Assembly (NCBI RefSeq): GCF_009914755.1
Contig: NC_060929.1
From: the human T2T-CHM13v2.0 reference genome, Homo sapiens
Direction: 5' to 3' (one strand)
Length of the DNA: 64,000 bases
Below, one piece after another: positions 1-12,855 of the stretch (its first letter is position 1; the number at the start of each line of letters is the position of its first letter). Below the pieces are notes generated by a model. That model saw only the letters and a program-made list of their open reading frames with translations, was not told where the DNA came from and made no database searches. The translations under genes were made by a program, and so were the position numbers.

Positions 1-360
1 TCTGGCTTAAGCAAAAAATATAAATAAAGAAATAAGGACATTTATCGGTTTTGACAATGAGGGAATCCAGGAGTGCTCTGGCTTCAGGTCTGATTGGGTC
101 CAGGCCCTCAAATTATAACACTAGAGCTTATATCCCTATCTTCTGGGTCTGCTTTGCTCTGTGTTTGCTTCAATTTTAGAATGTTCTAACCATGTGATGA
201 TTGTATTGTGGTCTATGGACACAATATTCTTACTTGCTGGCATAGAGCTTGTGAAGGTAGAATTTGCATCCACTGTCTTAGAAATTATATAGACTAAGAG
301 GTAGTAGGAATATCTTGGAATATCAAGATTTTATTACCAGAATAAAGGGGAATAGACAAC
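1..360. mobile_element. Degraded MaLR LTR fragment (MLT1J/K-like)
   Basis: Contains 'tctggcttaagcaaaaa...ggcttcaggtctgattgggtccaggccctcaaa', resembling recalled MLT1K/J consensus; boundaries approximate. Confidence 0.45.
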
Positions 361-1147
361 AGAGAGGAGGAAATGACAGATTTCCCTATACAATTACTTT
401 TTTAAAGTAGTTTTAGGATTTATGATACATAAAATACAATAAAACCATCCTTTCATTTCACAGACAAGACAAGGCCTCATAATTCAGCCATTGTACTTTT
501 GAGGTCCCAGGATTACAGATGCTGTGATAGATTCATGTGTAGAGTTCTACAGGTTTCATAGGAGAATTTTCTCTAAATAGAGCAAGGTTATTAAATAATG
601 CAGTAATTACTTTGTCTCATTTTTCTTAGCCACATTGCTAATATTTTCATAAGGATGATATAGTTCTGATTTGGGAAGGAGAAAAGTCCAATAAATCCCA
701 ACTTTCCAGCCCAATTACATTTCCTTTAGCAGCTTTTCTGTGCCTAAAAGGAATCCATTATCTTTTGCCTCATTAAGCACGTCTACATATAACACAAGAG
801 CATTTTCTGGTAAGTGTACCTAAAACTCCGCAGGATGTCCATCAAGACCCGAGGTTCTGCCTGTAGAGGGATGCATAATGGTTCATTTTAGCTTTCCTGG
901 AGTGACAGGCACTTTATTGTCGTCATTACTCATTGAAAGACTGAACACTCAAAATATTGCCATTTCTGCAGCTTAAGCAATACCAAAGGGAAGTTGGATT
1001 CTTCTTATTAAAAACAATGTAACGCCTTCATAATAGTCTTTGACTTAAATAGGTGTCTGTATCCTATGGCATAACACAATTGATGTTTTAAGGTCTTCAC
1101 TTACAGGAAGCAAAGACTGTCTCCCTATACTTCCCTAAATTTACGAT

Positions 1148-2148
<1,001 letters not shown>

Positions 2149-3937
2149 CTACCGATTCTGCAACCTTCCCCACTGATTCCTTCAAGCAGAAAATTGGTTT
2201 CACTAATAAACAACAATATTATGAGAAAAAAAACAACTTTCATACCTAGTATCCTTACAAACCAGGATAAAAACTGCCCTTCATTCCCTCCTTCAGAGCA
2301 TGGACAGATGGAGGTTGAATTACAGCTTCCTGAGAATATGAGTTCTGAATTTTCCCATCCCAAGGATATTGGTAATAGGTACCAAGAAACTTTAAAAAGT
2401 TTAGCCCCATAATCTTGTAGAAATCTTGCCTAGGGAAATAATCAGACCAGGTGTGTTAGCAAGGATAGTTCTTTATTGCTATGTATGAGTCACAAATTGG
2501 AAACAAGAAATGTATACACAAAATATTAATATGATATTCACAGAATGCAATGGCATTCTACTTTTAAATGTCTTAGGGTCAATAATTTTTGTAGTATCTT
2601 ATTCTGTAAAAAAAGCATTTATCACAGTTAGAGTATCATATTTTGTCACGGTGTGGACTATAGTTGATCTATCATTAAGTCTCTAGTATTTAGGAAAGTG
2701 ACTAAAACAAAGTTTATTCTTTCTCTTTCCCTCTCTCCCTCCCTCCCATCCATCCTTCCGTCCATCCATCCATCCGTCCTTCCTTCCATAACAATTATAA
2801 AATAAAGACTACATGAATACATAAATATTATGTGCATATCAATTGTTAAAAGAAAGAAAAGATCTTAAAATGTTAACAACAGAATTGGGGGGATCACAAG
2901 TGATTTTATACTTTAATTCTTTATATTTCTGCAATTTATAGATTTTCAACAATTGTGTATTACCTACATTATAAGCAAATTTTGAAATTAAAAGAAAATT
3001 CTATCGGCTACTATTAACTATTCCTCTTTGGAGTTTAGGCAATTGCTGCTATCTTGAGTTTTGTTGATAAGGGGGTCATTTTGGAAACTGAGGTGTTTTA
3101 GAATGGTTTCTTGATATTTGGAGGTGAATGTGAAAAGGAGCTGAAGAAGCCTCAGCATCACTCTGATGCCTCCCTGGATGAGATCACATGCTGATGGAGC
3201 AGCTTGAAATGGGTCCATGCAGTTCTTATATAGCTCACCTTCTTGAAGGGAATCTGCATTTCATGGAATAATATAACGCCAGAATGTCCTGTTCTAAGGT
3301 AAATAAGTATGCAATTTTTCTACTGTCTCCATCTTTGCCTTTGTGTTTTATGTATTCTTAAAACAAAATATAGTATATTCTATTAATATATTAGATTTTG
3401 ATCAAAATATTGACCTATATTTGTACACAACCTGTTTCAAAATATAAGCGCCATCTCATGCATGTCTTGTCTCTTTTAGTAATGATTATTTACTTTTCTT
3501 TTTTAAAAAAATGAATGCTTTGTTTTGTTTTGTTTTGCTTCTCTTAATCTCCATGATAATTGCTATGATAAGAGTGCATAAAAAAGTATTTGAGTTATTC
3601 TCATTACAGCCCTTTATCAAATACCGACTGTGCACAGCAAATTAGATATACCATGACTATATTTTGATTTGTGTTTTTCATAGAAACTATCTACACAAAT
3701 GCATCACTAATTTAAATTCTACAGTAATAGCATGGAAACACGGAAAGAGTAGACTAGGAAGAAAAAAATAAAAAGTTCTATCTTCAGCAAAAAAATCATG
3801 GAAGTTACCAGCTGAGGAAAATACTGTATCTGAAACCGAGAATTACTAGTGGGGAATTCCAAATTGTCTGCATAGCTGAAGAGATGCATCTTCACCAAGA
3901 AAAGAAGAATAGAAGATATAGCCCAGGGAACAATATA

Positions 3938-3953
3938 TGTGTGTGTGTGTGTC

Positions 3954-3994
<41 letters not shown>
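3938..3994. repeat. (GT)n microsatellite
   Basis: Interrupted GT dinucleotide run seen directly. Confidence 0.95.
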
Positions 3995-3997
<3 letters not shown>

Positions 3998-4904
3998 GCG
4001 GCGGAGGGTGGGGGTTTGGTGCTGTGTGATGCAGAAGGCCTTGGAAAAACTGTTAAGTAAGCATGAATTCTTGAACTCCAGGCTTCTAAGAAGTAAGAGT
4101 TCTAATGAATATCAAACAGCAAGTCTTGCAAAAGATTGATGAAGCTCAGTCTTTAATCAAAAATATATTGCAATTTGAACTTAAACCATACTTCCTTTTT
4201 TTTTTTTTAACTGCTTTTAGACTTGAGCAACACGATTTCTGAAACAAACCTCATTCATCCCACCATGAGGACACTAATGTCTGACCCATTAATTGCCTGT
4301 CTGGAGCTTTCTTATTCATCAACGTTTTATACAACTCCTATATTCTCGGAGAACATTCATTTGAGGGCCTCTGTTATCTCATTTTTTTTCTATTATCTAT
4401 TAACAACATCTATCATTTGATATTTATCTTTCCTCAGTTGTTTGTCAGCTATTTTTGTTGTTGTTCAATGGGCCTTTCTCTCTACTGAATCTGGACCTTG
4501 TACAAACTCTTATCATTACATATATTGCAATATGTTTTATTATTTGTCCATGTATCTGTTTTCCTGCTATACTTGATTTGTTAAAAAGGAATGAGTAGGA
4601 CTGATCCATTACTCTATTCCTAGAATTCAGCAAAAGGCTCTGCCCAAGTGGTTATAGTACGTGGCCTTTTTTGCAAAAATGAGTGTTTCTTTCCATTTTA
4701 CAATCGGACTATCTGTCTGTGGCCATCTGTCTGTAGAATATATTACATGCATGTTCTACTGGGGTTTGTCTGTTGTCACACTAGAACTCCCTTACAACAT
4801 CCATGTCAAGTAAAGTTGTCACTTCTGTAGGGCACTGGGATAATATACAGAAAATAAAAGCATACATGGCTATAAGAATTTTAGGAAACATTTAAAAATT
4901 ACAA

Positions 4905-5232
4905 CATTTTATTTATTTTATTTTTCATTTTACTTTATTTGAGACAGAATCTCACTCTGTTGCCCAGGCTGGAGTACGGTGGCACAATCTCAATTCACTG
5001 CAATCTCCCACCTTCTGGGCTCAGGTGATTCTCCTGCCTCAGCATCTCAAATAGCTGGGATTACAGGCATGCACCACCATGCCCAGCATTTTTTTTTTTT
5101 TTTTGTATTTTTAGTAGAGACGGGGTTTCACCATGTTGGCCAGACAGATCTCAAACTCCTGACCTCGGGCGGTCCACCCACCTCGGCCTTCCAAAGTGCT
5201 GGGATTATAGGTGTGAGCCACCACGCCCAGCC
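4905..5232 (-). mobile_element. AluS inserted in the tail of an L1PA fragment
   Basis: Reverse Alu ending 'gtgagccaccacgcccagcc'; flanks acaacatttt / acaactttt. Confidence 0.95.
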
Positions 5233-5417
5233 ACAACTTTTATTTTAGATAGTGGAGGTATGTGTGTAGATTTGTTACATTGGAATATTACATGATGCCA
5301 CAGTTTGGAATATGGATCCTGACCCTCTGGTAGTTAGCATAGATAGTACCTGGTAGGTAGCCTTTTAACCCACCTCCCTCCCTATACCCTCTAGTAGACC
5401 ACAGTGTCTATTGTTTT
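5233..5417 (-). mobile_element. Old L1PA (L1PA13-16-like) 3' end fragment
   Basis: 'caacttttattttagatagtggaggtatgtgtgtagatttgttacat'; the L1+Alu unit is bounded by TSD 'aggaaacattt' (~4882 and ~5418). Confidence 0.75.
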
Positions 5418-6015
5418 CAGGAAACATTTTTTAACATGATGGCATCCAATGCCATTATAAAAACAAATAATGAATATATTAAGACCAGCATTAAGAGTTA
5501 ATTTTTACTAAATATTATATTCCCCTATTGTGGTATTTTCACAATTCTCTCTCAGTCCAGCCATTTATTATCATGATCATCAATATCCATATTAAAGCGT
5601 GGGTGCATTATCAGGAGAGGCAGGATGAGCAAGTCTGCCAATGAGGGTTTTACTTCAATCTAGAAATTTTTCTCTTTAAGTTTTCATTTAAGAATCTTTT
5701 CTCATAGGCTCTTGGCAAATTGTTACATAGAGCCCTTCCCAGGAGTATTGCAAAGTTTCTGGATGGTTCTGACTCTCCTGGCCCATTGATATCTAAGCTT
5801 TCTCCCATATCAATGTATCAGGAGAATACAAAAAATCACTATGACTCTCAATTACCATAGTAGAAAGGTGATGGCAAAACTTTCTAAGACAAAAATAAAA
5901 TGTAGATTGTCGATCTGTGATCCTTTTTAAAACAGAGGCTGTTGGGAAACTATTTCAAGCTAACAAAGCTACTAACCAAGGCAGATTTGACTTATGACTC
6001 CCCCTCTATCCCTGC

Positions 6016-6318
6016 AAGCATCATTGTCCACCATCACTTACTGCCATTTTGGAAAAATTGGGGATGAAAAAAAGTAAAAATTCAATATAGCAATTCCGTT
6101 TAGTCAACATGACAAATGTGTAATTTGAACTACTTACTTTTCACTAATTGTTTTGGTAAAATGAGTAACTTGGTAACTTCTAAGTCAGGAAAAGCCTTGT
6201 ATACTGGCATGAAGAGCTAGTTTTTCAACTTTCCTGAGCCTCCCTCAGAGTGCACGGCTAAGTCTCTGATGAGTTGCAGCAGGCCATTTCCCTAAAATAA
6301 GCAAGTGCTCAGAAAGCT
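6016..6318 (+). repeat. Composite local duplication: copy of 7437-7605 interrupted by a copy of 11896-12012
   Basis: Aligned by eye: 6016-6170 = 7437-7593; 6177-6293 = 11896-12012; 6293-6318 = 7580-7605. Confidence 0.9.
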
Positions 6319-6529
6319 TTTAACCTGGGATTAACAATAGCAACAAAAAAGATCTGGGTTCAAAGTAACTTAACCACATTGAGTCCCAGTGTCCTCATCC
6401 ATCAAGTGGAAATGATTTAACTTATACTGCATAACACAAGAGCTGAACTCAGAATCAAATGAGAATATGGGCATGAGAGTGCTCTGGAATTTTAAACAAT
6501 ATGGAAATTCCCATTGCCTCACTGAAATA

Positions 6530-7060
6530 TGTAGTGGGCACCCCAGCATCTATTTTGCCCTTTTCTCATTGTATAGTAGGATGCAGTTTGGAGAGAATTT
6601 ATCCATCCCAAGCTCCAGAGATGAGGCCTAGTTGACCCAAGTCAATTGGTACTTGACATTTCTATGACCACAGGGATTGACTCAAGGGTCAACATATAAT
6701 CTAAATTGAATCACCATTAGTTAGATTAACAGGTTTCTCATTTAAGTTGGCCATGTCAGAGACAACAAAGAAAATACTTCTGTTAGATGGTGGAAGTACA
6801 ATGCTGTCTCTCTCTGTGTTGCTCTGTCTCCCTCTCTCTCTCAGCTTATTCAGTGCACCTTTGACAGTCATCTTATTACTGAAGCTGAACCAGCCTTAGG
6901 ATCAAACTGATACCATAGGAAACAGAGAGATGAAAAGAATGAAAATAGGGTTTACCCTTTTGAGTCACTTTTCAAACTCTTGTATAAAACTTCTACCTTT
7001 GAACACCATGCTTAGTGAACATGCTTAAATATAAGGCAATAAGGTTCCTATTCAGCTACT
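6530..7060 (+). mobile_element. Degraded MaLR LTR (MLT1K/L-like)
   Basis: Starts 'tgtagtggg'; 'gaccacagggattgactcaagggtcaacat' resembles old MLT1 consensus. Confidence 0.4.
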
Positions 7061-7605
7061 CAAAAGAAATACACCGGTCAGAAAAGAGAAAATTGGCTTT
7101 TGTTAGCAACCTAGAAAGTCTTTCATATTACAGAATATTTTCTTAAATAATTCATTTTGAAAAAATTAATTCTATTGAAGAAGACAGATTGGCCTGAGAA
7201 TTAATCATTATTCATTTTGAGGTGTACATAAAAGTTACTTGACAGATTTGGTTAAAAAAAAAAAACAAGAAAAAAATTTTACATGTATTCAGTAATTATT
7301 CTCGGGAATTGTGATTTTATAATTGCAGGTGTTGGACATCATTGCGAGAAGGACTTTTGCAATCACATTTTGAAGAACAATATAGTAACTTACATTGTAT
7401 ATATCATCTTTTAGATGTATGTATAGATACATATTAAAGCATCATTATCTACCATCACTTACTGTCATTTTGGAAAAATTGAGGCAGAAAAAATTAAAAA
7501 TTCAATATAGCAATTCTACTTAGTCAACATGATGACAAATGTGTAACCAGAACTATTTACTTTTCACTAGTTGTTTTGATAAAATCAGCAAGTTATCAGA
7601 AAGCT

Positions 7606-7762
7606 ATGATATATATGTGTATATATATATATAATATATACTTACATGTTACATATATTATATGTTACATATATATTTAATGTTTTATGTACATATATAT
7701 ATATGCACCCAGGAAACTTACATATATATAACATATATGTAAGTTATGTTATATATATGTTA
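7606..7762. repeat. TA-rich low-complexity tract
   Basis: (TA)n/TACATA-type runs flanked by ~30-bp inverted repeats. Confidence 0.85.
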
Positions 7763-8949
7763 TAATAGGCCTTCGGGGCACTTGCTCATTTTACTTGCTT
7801 TTTTTATACTGGAAAAAGTTATATTACAATATAACATATTCTTTTTCATAATACATTATTTAAAATGCACAGGTAATTATCAATTATATGTCAAAAGTAA
7901 ACTTTTATAGTTTTCACACATAATAGTTTATATATTCACATTCAGGTGGTTATTTCAAAGGCTTCTGGCTGCCATGCATCTTCAGCTGGGTGAAGGTCAC
8001 ATGATGAAATAGCATGGCATAGCATCATAGTTAGAAACTCTATCCCCTCTCTCACCTCAGCATCTACTGTTAGAAACAGTCAGATCTCCAGCTACTACGT
8101 GATTTTGGCAAGTTTCTTGACATTTACAAACTTCTATTCTGTAAGCGGAGGTAATTAACATATTTACTTCATAAGTATGAAAATTCAATGAGATAATACA
8201 GGTGAAATGATTAGCACAGACTAGAACATATTTGATTTTAAATATTTATTGAACAAACAAATTAACAAATGACTGAAAGAATGAAATGAAAGAGAAGAAG
8301 AAACACTATTAAAATGATTAAAAATTATTTCCTCTACACTTTTGGTCTTTGAGAGATAATCATAATGTAAGGCCCATAAATCACTCCTTAGTCCAGTCGT
8401 CTAGAAATTCTTTCTTGTCAGGTTCATACTCTCTCAGTTGCATTTTACCTTCTGGCCTGTTAACAGAAGCACCAGAGTCCTACTTCTGTACTTTTTATCT
8501 GATGGGCATTCCCTAAGCATGAAATTGTCATAGCATATGTTAACAATATTTTGGAGGGATGTTTTGTTCATAACTGTACAGATCACTAGATCTTTGAATA
8601 AAATTCTCTGACCAAAAGTTATTTTAATGGAAATATTATTTTAGCAGATTGGTATTTTGGACAATTTTTTCCCTTTATGTTGTGAATATTTTTAAAAAGA
8701 ATTTTGAATAGAAAATACACAACTTTTCCAAAAACATTGGTTTCTTCCTGAATTTATTGTTCTACCTTGGTAACAATCATCTGAATTAGAAATACGTTTA
8801 GAGTTCAAAATAAACAAAATGCTCTGTGGTACCAAAACGCCTAAGATATAAGCAACTTATCTTTATGTTCATTTTTTGGTAATGTCTATTAAATTGCTAA
8901 AATCACACAATTTTGTAAATAAGCTATTTAAAGGAACAGATAATAAAAT

Positions 8950-9200
8950 GGTAGTTAACATTTACAGAGTGTTTTATGATATATATGTTAGAGACTGTAA
9001 AAAACACTTTATGTGTATAACTTCAGTTAAACATTAGGACAACTCCATTAGGTAGCATTTTTATTATTCTCATTATATGAGTATAAAAACTGAAATTTAG
9101 AGAGGCATAAGTAATAGATCTAACATCACATAGTGGAACTAGGAGTTAAAAGCAGACTATATGATCCCAACAGCCACATTTGTAGCCACTACATCACACA
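8950..9200 (-). mobile_element. MIR
   Basis: 'aaactgaaatttagagagg...taacatcacatagt' MIR core in reverse. Confidence 0.6.
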
Positions 9201-9600
9201 GGTTTCACTACATTTAGTAGAATGTAGTGTAATAATAGTTTAGTAATAATAGTTTAATAATAATAGTGTAATAATAGTTTATGTCAAAATATAGAACATT
9301 GGCCTGGGAAAATATTCTAAAGACCTCTACATCTAGTTCTCTGTATTTTTCAGTCTTTGTTCAAAATGTCTTTCTTCTTTTTTGTTTTTTGTTTCCCCTT
9401 CCTTCCATTAACATAATATCTACTATGTGCCAGACACAGTGCCAAGGGCCATATCATAGAGATGAATAAGACCTACTTCTGATGAATGCCCCTACCCTCT
9501 GATGAATACACACTGATTGGAGGAGGAGAAATAAGTAAAACTACTACATAAACTGGGTAAAATGCTATGCTAGAGGAAAGCACAGCTATTATCTCCAGAG

Positions 9601-9784
9601 CTGTGGTTATCCAAGTATTGTCCTGAACTAGCAGCCTTATCTTCACCTGGGAACTTGTTCAGAATTCAAAGCACTGAGCCCCATCCTAGACCTACTGAAT
9701 CAGAAACTCTAGGGGTGAGACCCTACCATCTGTGTTCACAATTCCTCCAGGAGATTCTAATACACTAAAGTTTACGAGCCACTT
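9601..9784 (+). mobile_element. MER5A (hAT-Charlie) inside an L2 remnant
   Basis: 'cacctgggaacttgtt...cccatcctagacctactgaatcagaaactctaggggtg'. Confidence 0.85.
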
Positions 9785-10279
9785 GTCAGAGTTTTAATGG
9801 ATGAAGGGAAACTATCTTGAAAAAGACCAGTGTTCCAAGCAAAGGGAGCAATACTGCCAACCCCAGGAGTATGAGGGAGCAAAACACAGCAAGGATTGCA
9901 AACTCAGTATGGCCAAAGTTTAAGAAGCTAGTATGCAGGGACTAGAAAGATGCAGCTGGCCAAATGCAATGGAGCAGATCATGAAAATTCTTGAGTCATC
10001 TTGACGAGATTAAATTGTATCTTGAAAGAAATGGATCATCACTGAAGGGTTAGAATCAGAGATGGATGGGGCAAGACTGAAAGCAGGAAGATGAAGGAAG
10101 AGATTATGGCATAAACATAAGTTGAGACAGAAAGATCCTAATATTAAAAAAAAAAGTGGGGAAAGAAATAAAAGGGCATACTTTAGAGGTATTTTGGTAA
10201 AGATATGCTAATTCATGGGAGATGGGGGACTAAAAGAGAGGAAGGGTCAGGGATAAGCTCCAGGCCCTATTTGGAGCAT

Positions 10280-10962
<683 letters not shown>

Positions 10963-12226
10963 ACCTGTGTTAAACTGAGGAAATTGTGATCATTCTATAA
11001 TGTGCAAAGTATTGTGCTAAGTGCTAGGGATAAGACAGTAAACCAAACATAGCCACTGCTCTTGTGGGCTTAAAATTGTCATGCATGAGAAACAAAGTGA
11101 CAATTAAATATAGTATTTTAAGTACTGTGATGGGGAGACGTGAGTGCTATGGAAACACAGAAAGAGAATTTCCTTAGGAAAAAAGTAGGAAGACAAGTTG
11201 AATTGGAGGCATCAATAAAGTGTTCAAATGAGGAAGTCTTATAGGTTCATGAGATTTGGGCTAGAAAATTGGTTTGAGTTTCATTAGTTTATAGGCAGTA
11301 TTTGAAGTTATCAGAATGGGTGAGGGGGAAGAAAATATAGGAGATAGTCCTGGTTAGGGAGGTAGGAGGACATTGTAAGAGTAAGCTGAGTAAGTTTCGG
11401 TGAAGTCTAAGTAGCAGTTGGAATAGTTGGTGGCCTCATCGCTCCCTAGCCCCATGAGAGTGTGCCAATGAGCTCATTTCTCCAACCTCCTGGGCCCTTG
11501 TTTTCCCATCTGTCAGAGTTTTTGTTTAAATAATTTTCAAGTTTTCTCTCCCCTCTAGTATTTTTTCATTTATTAGCTATTATATTTCAGTCTATTGTTA
11601 GAGGGAATGTAGAAGATTGGTCAAACTACGTCTTATTCTCAATTCATACCCTACAAAACACTTTTTAAGTAAGTCTCTGTTTCTACTTGCAAAACAAGAA
11701 AAATAGACTTGATTTTAGTTGGGTTCCAGATAAAAGGCATGAAGAGTAAAATATAAGCCTCCCTATTATCATGTTTTCTCTCTATTATACTCGTGGGATA
11801 AATGCAGCCAGACATGAGAAGATGGCTAATCAATAGGAGAGGAAAGCAAAAGATTCTAACTTTCTGATCCCCAAATGTCTTGCAGTGCAAATTCTCTTCT
11901 CAGTCAGGAAAAGCCTTGTATAAAGGCATGTAGAGATGGTTTTTCAGCTTTCCTGAGCCTCCCTCAGAGTGCATGGCTAAGTCTCTGCTGAGTTACAGCA
12001 GGCCATTTCCCTGAATGCAACTTTCTTTACACTGAGCCCCCCACCACGAGTCCCAGAGATTAGAAGTCCGACTGCATCTGCTGCTCCATCCCAGGTTTGT
12101 CAGCCAGAAAGTCTTGTCCTGTTACCTGCACTATGGTGGGAGATGAAGGGGCAACAAAATACCAGACCAGGACCACAGACCTCCTAGGAATCCAAAAAGT
12201 GAGGCAATATAAAGCAGTAGCTTAGA

Positions 12227-12563
12227 CTGGTGCTTCTCAAACATGTGAATTGCCTGGAGAATTAGTAGAAGTAAAGATTCTGCTTCAGTGTGCCTCTCCT
12301 CCAGGGAGCTAATCCATGGTTCACATCTCTTCCTGAACCTGTGGTCAGTGATGACGGTGGTAGCTTGTAATCGGCCACGGTGAGAGCATTCAAACCGTAG
12401 AAATCTGCAAACACTACAAAGTACCTCCTCGACACACACATCTCCCAAAAAAGCTGATTGCAGAACACTTGCCAGTGCCCTACTGGACATGAGGCCTGAG
12501 AGTCTGCATTGCTAACAAGCTCCCAGGTGTGTGGATGCTGCTTGTTCCCGTACCACACTATGA
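12227..12563 (-). mobile_element. MER5A, split by MER63
   Basis: 'tgcttctcaaac...agattctgcttcagt' resumes as 'ggcctgagagtctgcattgctaacaagctcccaggtg'. Confidence 0.75.
12285..12486 (+). mobile_element. MER63A-like DNA transposon (hAT-Blackjack) nested in MER5A
   Basis: 'catctcttcc...ggtagcttgtaatcggccacggtgagagcatt...gaaatctgcaaacactacaaa...ccagtgccctactgg' matches recalled MER63A. Confidence 0.75.
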
Positions 12564-12569
12564 AGGGTT

Positions 12570-12855
12570 TAGAGAGGCTCCAGAGTTAAGCAAGTCTAGG
12601 AATAAATTCTGATTCTGTCTCTTCAAGTGTAATTTGTATAAACTAAATAAGTTACTACTACCGTATGACATCTTACCATGGTTGGTTGCCTAAACTAGTC
12701 TGACATTTTCTACTTTATCTCTCTGAGCTCAGTTTCTTTATCTATAAAATGGGGAAAAGAGATCAGTTCCTACTTCTTAGTATTATTCCAAGCAGTAAAT
12801 TAAATAATGTACTTAGAGCACAGTGCCTGGGACACAGTAAACATCAATAAATATG
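12570..12855 (+). mobile_element. MIR
   Basis: 'ctctctgagctcagtttctttatctataaaatgggga...cacagtgcctggga'. Confidence 0.7.

Noticed and set aside
9207-9280. Small hairpin 'cactacatt-tagtag-aatgtagtg' and short tandem 'taataatagttt' copies
   Set aside because: 9-bp arms and short slippage copies are expected by chance in AT-rich DNA.
12131-12558. 119-aa and 98-aa ORFs and a CpG-containing stretch that looked like an exon or retrocopy
   Set aside because: Explained by MER63A nested in MER5A; no recognisable protein similarity.
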